DNA from: Bacteroidales bacterium
Lineage (GTDB): Bacteria; Bacteroidota; Bacteroidia; Bacteroidales; UBA4181
Length of the DNA: 64,000 bases
Direction: 5' to 3'
Assembly: GCA_031547085.1 (NCBI GenBank)
Contig: JAVBSH010000064.1
Span: 7,707 to 71,706 of the forward strand
The translations under genes and the position numbers were made by a program. Within the stretch, counting starts at the first letter, position 1, and the number at the start of each line of letters is the position of its first letter. The notes under the pieces are model-generated. The model was not told the DNA's origin. It saw only the letters and a list, made by a program, of their open reading frames with translations, and did no database searches. Of this stretch, positions 29,092 to 38,453 are shown piece after piece.

Positions 29092-30657
29092 TTAGTTAGG
29101 TTTGAGGGTTTCAATCTCTTTCAAGCGTTTCAGTGCCTCCTGCTGTTTGAGCAACCCATAATTAATGCCTGACGGGTTCAATGTGCTACCTGCCTGATAA
29201 GGGTATTTTTCGAAATCGGCAAAGAAATTTTTCACTTGTTGTTGAATCGGAACCAACAGCCACATTTGTTGCATGCTCCACTCTGTTTCCATGCCGCTTT
29301 CGTCTTTACGCTCATAGGGATCCATACGCAAGTTATATGCCCTTGCCCACGAAGTAACTTCGCGATGCGATGTAGCTATATTCCCTTCGGAAGCAATAGC
29401 AAAAGCCACTTTCCAGTCGTTCCAGCGGATCGCGTTCAGGTTACCTGCCTGGTCGAAATACATAAAGTTTTCACGCGGGCCTTTTGTTTCTTTTCCCTGG
29501 AAATACGGCATGAAATTGTAGCCATCCAGATGTACCTTAAAGGTTTTCCCTGCACCGGTCCAACCTTTGGCCATTTTTTCCCTGATATCGGGAACACCGG
29601 CAGCAGCGCATAATGTCGGGAACATATCGAGTAACGAAATGATTTCGTTGCATTCGGTTTGTGGTTGAATCATACCCGGCCAACGAATCAGCATCGGAAT
29701 ACGGAAACCACCTTCCCAAGTAGTGCCTTTCTCACCTTTGAACGGCATCATACCGCCATCGGGCCACGATGCGATTTCACCACCGTTATCGGTAGCATAT
29801 ACAACAATGGTATTGTCGGTCAACCCCAGATCATCCAATTGTTTCAGTAACTCACCGATCATATTATCATGTTCTTTCATGCCGTCTGCTTCAATACCCT
29901 TACCGGTAAGCCCCACTGATTCGGGTTTCAGGTGGGTAAATACATGCATGCGGGTTGTATTAAACCATACAAAGAACGGTTTATCGGCTTTTGCCTGACG
30001 TCCCACGAAATCCTTATATGCCGCAAAGAACTCTTCATCAATGGTTTCCATGCGTTTTTTTGTCAACGGCCCGGTGTCTTCCACTTTACCGTCGGCTGTG
30101 GATTTCAATACACCGCGTGGACCATACTTCTTGCGGAATTCCGGATCTTTCGGGTAGAAATATCCTTCGGGTTCCTCTTCGGCATTCAGATGGTAAAGAT
30201 TGCCAAAGAATTCGTCGAATCCATGTTTCGTAGGCAAGTGTTTATCCCGGTCACCCAGGTGGTTCTTGCCAAATTGGCCGGTAGCATACCCTTGCGCCTT
30301 CATCACATCGGCAATGGTAGGCATCCAGTCGGTAATCCCATGGTCATCACCAGGCATGCCAATGGTAAGCAATCCTGTCCGAAATGGTTCCTGTCCGAGG
30401 ATAAACGAAGCCCGGCCTGCCGTACATGACTGCTGTCCGTATGCATCGGTAAAGATAGCGCCCTCCTTATACAACCGGTCGATGTTGGGGGTGCGGTACC
30501 CCATCATGCCGCGTGTGTAGGCACTAATTTGCGATTGCCCGATGTCGTCGCCGAAAATAACCACGATATTCGGTTTCTTCTGGGCAAAACTCTCTATTGC
30601 CAACATGCCTGCCATCATCAAAACAAGCAGCTTTGTTGATTTAAGACTCTTACACAT
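29092..30657 (-). CDS. Arylsulfatase paralogue 2, exported
   Basis: KKPNIVVIFGDDIG, SCTAGRASFILG, shared NLYHLNAEEEPE block. Confidence 0.93.
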   Translation of the reverse strand: MCKSLKSTKLLVLMMAGMLAIESFAQKKPNIVVIFGDDIGQSQISAYTRGMMGYRTPNIDRLYKEGAIFTDAYGQQSCTAGRASFILGQEPFRTGLLTIGMPGDDHGITDWMPTIADVMKAQGYATGQFGKNHLGDRDKHLPTKHGFDEFFGNLYHLNAEEEPEGYFYPKDPEFRKKYGPRGVLKSTADGKVEDTGPLTKKRMETIDEEFFAAYKDFVGRQAKADKPFFVWFNTTRMHVFTHLKPESVGLTGKGIEADGMKEHDNMIGELLKQLDDLGLTDNTIVVYATDNGGEIASWPDGGMMPFKGEKGTTWEGGFRIPMLIRWPGMIQPQTECNEIISLLDMFPTLCAAAGVPDIREKMAKGWTGAGKTFKVHLDGYNFMPYFQGKETKGPRENFMYFDQAGNLNAIRWNDWKVAFAIASEGNIATSHREVTSWARAYNLRMDPYERKDESGMETEWSMQQMWLLVPIQQQVKNFFADFEKYPYQAGSTLNPSGINYGLLKQQEALKRLKEIETLKPN

Positions 30658-30811
30658 AACTCTTTTTGTTTTTTGGATTAGATATTCAACGTTTTTAACA
30701 CTTATAAAGTGTACAAAAAAGGAACAAGCCTATGGCAGTTTTGTTTAGACGGCGTTTTATTTTCCATAATTGACAATAGATTGAATCCGTACCACGGCAT
30801 TCCACTGTCAA

Positions 30812-31210
30812 GTGCATAAAATTCACATGGTAATGAAACTTTTCATATCCCGATATCGTAAAAATAGGAAACATTTTTATGTATTTTTGATGGAAACACA
30901 AGACGAATGGATCAGGATGGCCAACCTGGTGTATGAGCTGGACCGCAGATTTCTGCAAAAAGGAGAAAATTCACAGACAATCAGGCGTCTGTACCAACGT
31001 ATGGTACAGACTATGGAAGATGCCGGGATATGGATGTACAATCCGATTAACGAGATTTACAGCGAAACACGCACCGACCTGGAAGCAACCATCAGCGAAA
31101 ATGCACGCAATAATTCGTTACGGATTATCGAGGTATTGAAACCTGTACTTTACTTGAAAACAGGTCATAGCCGCCAATTATTGCAAAAAGGTGTGGTCAT
31201 TGTAGGTTGA
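30812..31210 (+). CDS. Short GrpE-like protein
   Basis: Helical N-part then GIWMYNP..Y..IIEVLKP..LLQKGVVIV, resembling the GrpE beta-domain; in an operon with Hsp70; start uncertain. Confidence 0.55.
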   Translation: MHKIHMVMKLFISRYRKNRKHFYVFLMETQDEWIRMANLVYELDRRFLQKGENSQTIRRLYQRMVQTMEDAGIWMYNPINEIYSETRTDLEATISENARNNSLRIIEVLKPVLYLKTGHSRQLLQKGVVIVG

Positions 31211-32181
31211 TGGACTGTTTGTACATATCACCTGTCACGTTGCTCAACTGGGAACCGGACATGCTGCCATCGGAACAAGACATCCGTATGGCGCGGAAAC
31301 GCTGGTTGGCAGAGCTCGACCTGTTGGGTGCGGCAACCATCCCGATCTATGGCAAGGAATATGGCAAACAAGAAATCATCGATATTTTCGACCGGTTACA
31401 GGGTGATCTTTACTTACCCTACCATCTGGCCGTAGCCAAAGACCCGGTGATGTTACATTTCCTCGAAACGGGGGATTTCACCAAAGGGCAATCGTTCGGC
31501 GAATGTCCGGAATATGAAGACGAAGCGTTCATCGTCTGGATTGTTCCATATGTTATACCTGCATTTCAAAAACAACTGGCAGCTGCTTTTGCCACCGGAA
31601 CAGCTATTCATGCGGCTGCATTATACAAGCAACTATTTATCCCGGATGATTCGGAATCAGAAGCATGGAAACCGGCAGGTGACTACCTGCAACGGGCTAA
31701 TGCTTTTATGGAATATTTCAACGGCGCACCATGTACGGACGAGCGGATTGTCCAGATGCGGCAAAACATCACCATGAGCGCCATGCAGTTGCTCTGTTTA
31801 ATGCCACCGTATTTATACCAGAGTGCATACAGGGAGTATTGCCTTATGCTGGTAAACCTTATCGATCGTGTTCACGAATCGGGAAAAAGACAGGAAGCAG
31901 TTGCACTCCTGCAAAACGCACTAAACCTGCCGATGGATGAGGATTTACGTAATACTTATTACAAACACAATCTCAAAATTTACCTCAATAACGGCGCCAG
32001 GGTTAGTCCCTTCTTGCCCAAGGATGAAAATATCCCGCACCGATGGTACAAACAGAATCCCGAATCGATGGCCGGCCCACCTGCCGGAAATGTGACCGAA
32101 AAGAAAGGAGGACGTGAAGGCTGGGCTATTGCAGCTCTTATTATTCTCATTATCCGGATTATTATTATCTTTACACATTGA
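31210..32181 (+). CDS. Hypothetical helical protein with C-terminal TM anchor (paralogue A)
   Basis: TGATG overlap with the upstream gene; aligns by eye with 32178-33176; hydrophobic C-terminus. Confidence 0.8.
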   Translation: MDCLYISPVTLLNWEPDMLPSEQDIRMARKRWLAELDLLGAATIPIYGKEYGKQEIIDIFDRLQGDLYLPYHLAVAKDPVMLHFLETGDFTKGQSFGECPEYEDEAFIVWIVPYVIPAFQKQLAAAFATGTAIHAAALYKQLFIPDDSESEAWKPAGDYLQRANAFMEYFNGAPCTDERIVQMRQNITMSAMQLLCLMPPYLYQSAYREYCLMLVNLIDRVHESGKRQEAVALLQNALNLPMDEDLRNTYYKHNLKIYLNNGARVSPFLPKDENIPHRWYKQNPESMAGPPAGNVTEKKGGREGWAIAALIILIIRIIIIFTH

Positions 32182-33176
32182 CAAACACCGGATTATATAT
32201 ATCGCCTGTTACTTTGTTGGATTGGGACAACGATAAGCCACCTAGCCAACAGGAAATTCGTATGGCGCGAAAACGCTGGGTAGCCGAGCTCGATTTGTCC
32301 GGCAACTCAACCATTTCCATTAACGGGCAGGAGTTTGGTAAACAGGAAATCATCACTACATTTGATCGGTTGCAGAAAGACGAACACCTGGCATACCACT
32401 TAGCCGTAGATAACGACGGTGTGATGCGGCATTTCCTGGAAACAGGCGAATTCACCAAAGGTCAACAGTTTGTCGCCCTTCGCGAATACGAAGACGAGGC
32501 ATTCATCCAATGGATAACTCCTTATGTAGTTCCTGCTTTCCAGAAACTGCTGGCAAAATCATTCGCTACCGGTACGGCCGTTCATGTCGCCGCTTTGTGC
32601 AAACAGATGTTTCCGCCTGCAAGCATAGAGGCAGAAGCCTGGCAACCGGCCTGCGATTACCTTCGAAAGGCGACCGCTTTTATGGAATACTTCGTAGAAT
32701 CGTCCTTTCAGGAAGACCGGTTTCAACAAATGCAGAAAATCATTTCGCTGGGTACCATGCAATTGTTATGCCTCAAACCCGTGCATCTTTTTTCGCAAGA
32801 CATAGACGAATATTGCAGGCTTTTACATAAGCTTTCCCGCGAACTTCATAAAGAAAAACCGGAGGAATCGGTAGCTCTGCTGCACAACGGATCGAATTTA
32901 CCGATGAATGATTTATTGTGTAATATTTTCAGGATGCAGATCGATTTCTATCATCGTTATTATGGACAAACAGCCTGCCCTCGACAGGAAGAAGACGAAA
33001 ATATACCATTCGCGTGGTATGATCCGGCGCCTGCCACCGTTAATAAGCCGTTGTACCACTTGCGGCTCGAACCCGCCGTTACCCCTGTGGCAGAAAAGAA
33101 GAATATCATTAACATACTGATCGTTATCATCATTGCACTAATTGCGATTATATTACATCTTGCTTTAACAGACTGA
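32178..33176 (+). CDS. Hypothetical helical protein with C-terminal TM anchor (paralogue B)
   Basis: Shared LYISPVTLL, IRMARKRW.AELDL, HFLETG.FTKGQ, EYEDEAFI.WI, DENIP..WY. Confidence 0.8.
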   Translation: MTNTGLYISPVTLLDWDNDKPPSQQEIRMARKRWVAELDLSGNSTISINGQEFGKQEIITTFDRLQKDEHLAYHLAVDNDGVMRHFLETGEFTKGQQFVALREYEDEAFIQWITPYVVPAFQKLLAKSFATGTAVHVAALCKQMFPPASIEAEAWQPACDYLRKATAFMEYFVESSFQEDRFQQMQKIISLGTMQLLCLKPVHLFSQDIDEYCRLLHKLSRELHKEKPEESVALLHNGSNLPMNDLLCNIFRMQIDFYHRYYGQTACPRQEEDENIPFAWYDPAPATVNKPLYHLRLEPAVTPVAEKKNIINILIVIIIALIAIILHLALTD

Positions 33177-33200
33177 TATTTCATTTAGTACCATATCATC

Positions 33201-35687
33201 ATGACCATTGATTTTGCCATTGATTTAGGAACCACCAATTCGTTGATCGCCTCATGCCGCAACGGCGAAGTGGAAATATACCGTAACCCCGCAGGATTGA
33301 AACAGACGCTACCGAGCGTGGTGGCCTTCCGCAAAGAACGGACGTTGATCGGCGACAAGGCCCGCGAATACCTCGAAAAAGACCCGAATAATGTGATCGG
33401 CGGATTCAAACGCAAGGTAGGTACCAACGAATCGTATTTCATTCCCAACCGGAACGAGAATATGACACCGGTACATCTAAGTGCAATTATCCTGAAAGAA
33501 CTTCGCGAATTCATCCACACGGGCGAGAAACCGCAAAGTATCGTAATCACTATCCCGGCATCGTTCGACACCATCCAGAGCAATGCTACCAAACAAGCCG
33601 GTTACGAAGCTGGATTCGCCGAAGTGGTACTTTTGCAGGAACCTATCGCGGCAAGCCTTGCCTTTGCCAACAAAGCTTCTGGACAAGACCTGCAAGGCTA
33701 TTGGCTGGTGTATGATCTTGGCGGCGGAACATTCGATGCCGCATTGGTATCCATCGGAGAAGAAATGCGTATTATAGACCATCAAGGTGACAATTACTTA
33801 GGCGGGATGGATTTCGACACGGCCATCATCCAGCAACTGATCGTTCCCAAACTCGAAGCCATGAACCGGTTTCCCGGTATCGCAGGATTGCGAAGCGCCA
33901 GCAATCCATACAATCATCTTTATTACATCCTCCAGCACAAAGCCGAAGAAGCCAAGATCATGCTTTCTGGATATCCAAGTGCCGATGTTGAGTTCGAAAT
34001 AACGGATGCCGACGGCGAAGAACACGAGATATGCCTCACCATCGCCCGTGAGGAATTCGAAGCATTGATACGTCCGCAAATAGACCAGACCATCGATCTG
34101 GTCAGGCAGATCATGCAACGCAATTCATTGGTTGCAGGACAAATAGGCGAGGTCGTCATGATTGGGGGCAGCACATACATCCCTGCCGTACGCGAAACCA
34201 TCGGAAGGGAATTGGGTATCTGCGTTAATTGCTCCACCGACCCTACCACCGCAGTTGCCGTGGGAGCAGCATATTACGCAGCCACCAAAACGTGTAAAGT
34301 GGAACCGCGCACTAATGAAATCCACGATCCGGCCAAAAACGACACGCCGAAAATACCTATCAAAACGGCTTATGCCAAACATTCGCGTGATATGGAAGAA
34401 TTCTTTTCTGCCGCCGTAGCACTCGACGGGTTGTATCGTATCATTCGCGAAGATGGAGGCTACGATTCGGGCCTGAAGCCTTTCAACGGACGCATTGCAG
34501 AAGTATTGCCGTTGCTGGCAGGATGCGCCAACCGTTTCCGGTTGAAATTGTACGATAACCAACAAATGCCCATTGATGCAGATATAGCCGCCATTGAGAT
34601 CATCCAAGGCAAATATTCCATCCAAGGACAACCGCTTCCCAACGATATATGTTTAGAAGTAGACGATACTGCCAATAAAGGCAGCCTGCTCGAACCGGTT
34701 TTCGAGAAAAACGCCCTTCTGCCGTTGCGCAGGACAATGACCCGCACCATCAACCGTACCATATTGAAGGACAGCAACGACCGGCTACTCATCAATGTGG
34801 TGGAAGGCCACAGGTTCTACAGTCCGCAGTGTTGCGTCCCGATCGGGTTCATCGAAATCCCTGCCGGCAATTTACCCGCCGACCTCATCAAAGGTTGCGA
34901 TATTGAGATCTGTTTCGAAATGAGCGAAAGCCGCGACTTGAGTATCAGCGCATACATCAGCGCCCTGGAGTATGAACAGACGGCCGTTTTTAGTCCCAAC
35001 CAGCGGACAGTGCATACGGGACGACTGCTCGAGGAACTGAACTACCTGAAACGCGAGTGCAATGCACTGATGACAAAAACCGTACAAACCGAAGATTTTG
35101 AAACCGCCGCCCTGCTGAGGCGCAATATCGAACGGATAGAAGCACTCGAAACACAATGCCGGCAATTGGTTGCCGACGATGTGTCGGACGAAAAATACCA
35201 GATAGAAGAAAACAAACGGAAAATAGCCGCCGAAATCGATCACTTGAATAGCCGTTCGACCATGCTCGACATCAAGGAAGAATATTTTGCATACAAGGCC
35301 GACCTGCAAAGCAGGCTCGATACAATAGGTACGGAAATGCACCGGAGGCAGTTCCGAAGCATCGTAGTCAACGAATCGGAATGGATACAGGGAAGCCCCA
35401 GTGTCATCCGGCGCAAAATACAAGAAATGAGAAGCCTGGGATTCGAACTGAAAAAGAACGATTTCGACTGGATAGTCGGCATATACATGTATTACGCCCT
35501 GCTAGGTGACAATGCCTATACGGACAGGGTAAGGCTTAAACACTTGAGAACAGAAGCCGAGAGGATTATTCCGCAACGAAATGTGTCGGCTTTACTGGCC
35601 ATCATCAACCACATGTACGATTTGTTGACCGACGAATACAAAAACCGTGACCAGCCCGAAGGCATCAGGGGAACAGGATTATCGTAA
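33201..35687 (+). CDS. Atypical Hsp70-family protein (828 aa)
   Basis: IDLGTTNS, EPIAA, VYDLGGGTFD, LGGMDFD, IGGSTYIP; long divergent C-terminal half; not canonical DnaK. Confidence 0.9.
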   Translation: MTIDFAIDLGTTNSLIASCRNGEVEIYRNPAGLKQTLPSVVAFRKERTLIGDKAREYLEKDPNNVIGGFKRKVGTNESYFIPNRNENMTPVHLSAIILKELREFIHTGEKPQSIVITIPASFDTIQSNATKQAGYEAGFAEVVLLQEPIAASLAFANKASGQDLQGYWLVYDLGGGTFDAALVSIGEEMRIIDHQGDNYLGGMDFDTAIIQQLIVPKLEAMNRFPGIAGLRSASNPYNHLYYILQHKAEEAKIMLSGYPSADVEFEITDADGEEHEICLTIAREEFEALIRPQIDQTIDLVRQIMQRNSLVAGQIGEVVMIGGSTYIPAVRETIGRELGICVNCSTDPTTAVAVGAAYYAATKTCKVEPRTNEIHDPAKNDTPKIPIKTAYAKHSRDMEEFFSAAVALDGLYRIIREDGGYDSGLKPFNGRIAEVLPLLAGCANRFRLKLYDNQQMPIDADIAAIEIIQGKYSIQGQPLPNDICLEVDDTANKGSLLEPVFEKNALLPLRRTMTRTINRTILKDSNDRLLINVVEGHRFYSPQCCVPIGFIEIPAGNLPADLIKGCDIEICFEMSESRDLSISAYISALEYEQTAVFSPNQRTVHTGRLLEELNYLKRECNALMTKTVQTEDFETAALLRRNIERIEALETQCRQLVADDVSDEKYQIEENKRKIAAEIDHLNSRSTMLDIKEEYFAYKADLQSRLDTIGTEMHRRQFRSIVVNESEWIQGSPSVIRRKIQEMRSLGFELKKNDFDWIVGIYMYYALLGDNAYTDRVRLKHLRTEAERIIPQRNVSALLAIINHMYDLLTDEYKNRDQPEGIRGTGLS

Positions 35688-35828
35688 GGTAAAAAGTGTT
35701 TTCTGCCAATAATATCAACGTTAGGCGGCACCCGCAGACGGTGTACCGCATTTGAGAGTGAGGCCTGACAAAGGAGAATGGCTGAAAATCCTGTAAAGAG
35801 TAGGCGCGAAATAAAAAACAATAATAAA

Positions 35829-36524
35829 ATGATCAAAAAATTACAAATTTTCTTATCGGTTTATATGTTACTTATCTCACCAACAGCACTGTATGCTCAG
35901 AAAGATGTAACACAGTTTCTCGGCATTCCTGTTGATGGAAGCAAATCTGAAATGATAAAGAAATTAAAAGATAAAGGATATACAAGTAATTCATTTAATA
36001 AAGATATCCTTGTTGGCGAATTTAATGGAACAGATGTTAATATACATATTGTAACAAACAATAATAAAGTATGTCGAATTATGGTTTGTGATGCTAATGA
36101 AACGAGTGAAGTGAATATTAAAATAAGATTCAATAAGCTCTGCCAGCAGTTTCAGATTAATGAAAAGTATATATCAGCGATGTCATCATACTATTAAATA
36201 CCTGACAGTGAAGACATTTCTCATGAAATGACAGTTAAAAAGAAACGATATGAAGCGGTTTTTTATCAAAAGCCCTCAGACTTGGATACTGTTGATGTCG
36301 TAAAGGAAATACAGTCTGTTCTCTTGTCGAAATATACAGAGGAACAACTATCCAATCCAACCGAAGAAATACAAACAGAGATGATGATGGCAGGACTTTC
36401 ATATATGTTGGAAAAATTTTCAAAAAAAACTGTTTGGTTTATGATTAGTGAGCGTTATGGAAAATATTATATCAAAATGTTCTATGACAATGAGTATAAC
36501 AGAGCAAACGGAGAGGATTTATAA
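35829..36524 (+). pseudogene. Exported hypothetical protein split by one in-frame TAA (36195-36197)
   Basis: ORFs 35829-36197 and 36228-36524 are in the same frame; the reading IPDSEDISHE continues after the stop; signal peptide present. Confidence 0.75.
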
Positions 36525-36538
36525 TAAAAAGAAAAAAT

Positions 36539-36781
36539 ATGAAAAAAGAAAAACCTCGTACCGATATTCCTATTGAATGTGGTAAAACAAAAGACAGTTT
36601 TGATAAGTTAAAAATGCTGTGCAATGAAGAATTAAAAAAACTATCTGAGACCATTGAGATTTCTAATTTGGAGGTAATTTCAGCTACTTTTTGGACTTCT
36701 GGCTTTCCAGAACTTATTTGCGTGGGAAGTTTTAGCAGGAGAGAAAGCGGTTTAATTGCACTTGAGTTAGATTTTTCGTAA
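36539..36781 (+). CDS. Small hypothetical protein
   Basis: 80-aa AT-rich ORF with an A-rich leader, within the cassette. Confidence 0.55.
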   Translation: MKKEKPRTDIPIECGKTKDSFDKLKMLCNEELKKLSETIEISNLEVISATFWTSGFPELICVGSFSRRESGLIALELDFS

Positions 36782-36994
36782 TCTACTTTATAATACAAGG
36801 GGTGACCGCCTAACTTACGGCCTACTTTTAGGGCGGGGGCAACGATCGGTTAGCATCGTCCGTCACCCGCGCCACCGTCTGTCTCGGTAGACAGTGAAGT
36901 CCACCGCAAACCCGCTCGAGAGCAAGCTGTGGGAACGATCGGCACGGCTTTCATCCCGGGTGAAATTTTATACAGGGATTTACCAGTTTTTTCC

Positions 36995-37002
36995 TACTTT
37001 TG
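36995..37002 (+). promoter_or_regulatory. Bacteroidota -7 promoter box for purB
   Basis: TACTTTTG 21 bp before the ATG. Confidence 0.6.
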
Positions 37003-37023
37003 TCCTTTTAAATTAAATCCCAA

Positions 37024-38370
37024 ATGGAATTAAGCATTCTTTCTGCCATTTCGCCGATAGATGGCCGTTACCGGAGTAAAACCGAACCCTTAGCCGGTTA
37101 TTATTCCGAATATGCCTTGATACGCTACCGCATCAAGGTCGAAGTAGAGTACTTTATAGCATTGTGCGAAATACCCCTGCCCCAATTGCAGTCATTTGAC
37201 AAGTCGAAATACGAAAACCTGCGCAACATCTACAAAAATTACCATGTAGACGCTGCCGAACGGGTAAAAGCCATTGAAGAAGAAACCAACCACGATGTAA
37301 AAGCTGTGGAATATTACCTGAAAGAAAGGTTCTGTGAGCTTGGTATCGAATCGTTCAGCGAATTCATACATTTCGGGCTGACTTCACAGGATATCAACAA
37401 CACGGCCATTCCCCTGTCGAACAAGGATGCCATTGAGCAGATATATATACCGTATTACGACGACGTAATGCTGCGCTTGCGTAATTTCGCCCAGTCGTGG
37501 GCCACAGTCCCGATGCTGGCGCGTACGCACGGACAACCGGCTTCGCCCACCCGTCTGGGCAAGGAAATAATGGTCTTTGTCGAGCGGCTCGAAGTTCAGT
37601 ACAACCAATTCCGGTCGATTCCGTTTTCAGCCAAATTTGGCGGGGCAACGGGTAATTTCAATGCCCACCACGTGGCTTACCCGGATATCGACTGGAAGTC
37701 ATTCGCCAACAACTTTGTCAATCATACACTAGGATTGTGCCGCAGCCAAACAACCACGCAAATAGAGCATTACGACAATTTTGCCGCCCAATGCGACGCG
37801 CTGAAACGGATCAACAATATCCTGATCGATATGTGCCGCGACATCTGGACATATATTTCACAGGAATATTTCAAGCAGAGGATCATCAAGGCTGAAGTAG
37901 GCTCGTCGGCCATGCCGCATAAAGTGAATCCTATCGATTTCGAAAATGCTGAAGGAAACCTGGGTGTTGCCAACTCGCTGTTCGAACACTTAGCCTCAAA
38001 ATTACCTGTATCGCGCCTGCAACGCGATCTGACCGATTCCACCGTGTTACGGAATATTGGTGTTCCTATGGCGCATACCATCATCGCTATACATTCGATC
38101 ATCAAAGGTTTGGACAAACTGATTGTTAATTATCCCGCACTGGATGCCGACCTCACCCGCAACTGGATGGTGGTGAGTGAAGGAATCCAGACGGTATTGC
38201 GTCGCGAAGGATTTCCCAAACCTTACGAAGCGCTTAAAGAGTTAACCCGCACCTCGGAAGAAGGAATCGACAAGCATAAATTGAATGCATTCATCGACCA
38301 GTTGAATGTGTCGCCTAAGGTAAAGGAAGAGCTAAAGCAAATCACACCGTTCAATTATACGGGGATTTGA
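37024..38370 (+). CDS. purB: Adenylosuccinate lyase
   Basis: AISPIDGRY, TNHDVKAVEY, HFGLTSQDIN, GSSAMPHKVNPIDFEN. Confidence 0.98.
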   Translation: MELSILSAISPIDGRYRSKTEPLAGYYSEYALIRYRIKVEVEYFIALCEIPLPQLQSFDKSKYENLRNIYKNYHVDAAERVKAIEEETNHDVKAVEYYLKERFCELGIESFSEFIHFGLTSQDINNTAIPLSNKDAIEQIYIPYYDDVMLRLRNFAQSWATVPMLARTHGQPASPTRLGKEIMVFVERLEVQYNQFRSIPFSAKFGGATGNFNAHHVAYPDIDWKSFANNFVNHTLGLCRSQTTTQIEHYDNFAAQCDALKRINNILIDMCRDIWTYISQEYFKQRIIKAEVGSSAMPHKVNPIDFENAEGNLGVANSLFEHLASKLPVSRLQRDLTDSTVLRNIGVPMAHTIIAIHSIIKGLDKLIVNYPALDADLTRNWMVVSEGIQTVLRREGFPKPYEALKELTRTSEEGIDKHKLNAFIDQLNVSPKVKEELKQITPFNYTGI

Positions 38371-38371
38371 C

Positions 38372-38447
38372 AATTGTGAATTAAGAATTAAAAATTAAGA
38401 ATTAAGAGTTCCTAATTTTTTAATTCTTAATTTTTAATTCTTAATTG
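38372..38447. repeat. Inverted heptamer array (aattaag)n/(cttaatt)n
   Basis: About five direct 7-mers followed by about four inverted 7-mers. Confidence 0.8.
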
Positions 38448-38453
38448 ATAAAG

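Larger units (their letters stand above)
35720..36935 (+). mobile_element. Integron gene-cassette-like insert with degenerate attC
   Basis: GTTAGGCGG at 35720 and its complement CCGCCTAAC at 36806 bracket AT-rich ORFs; an imperfect hairpin follows (36808-~36932). Confidence 0.5.

Noticed and set aside
33201..35687. Housekeeping dnaK
   Set aside because: Too long, divergent linker and substrate-binding region; symbol withheld
36808..36960. Purine-related riboswitch or tRNA upstream of purB
   Set aside because: No recognisable consensus; it lies upstream of the purB -7 box and is better explained as a decayed attC-like hairpin
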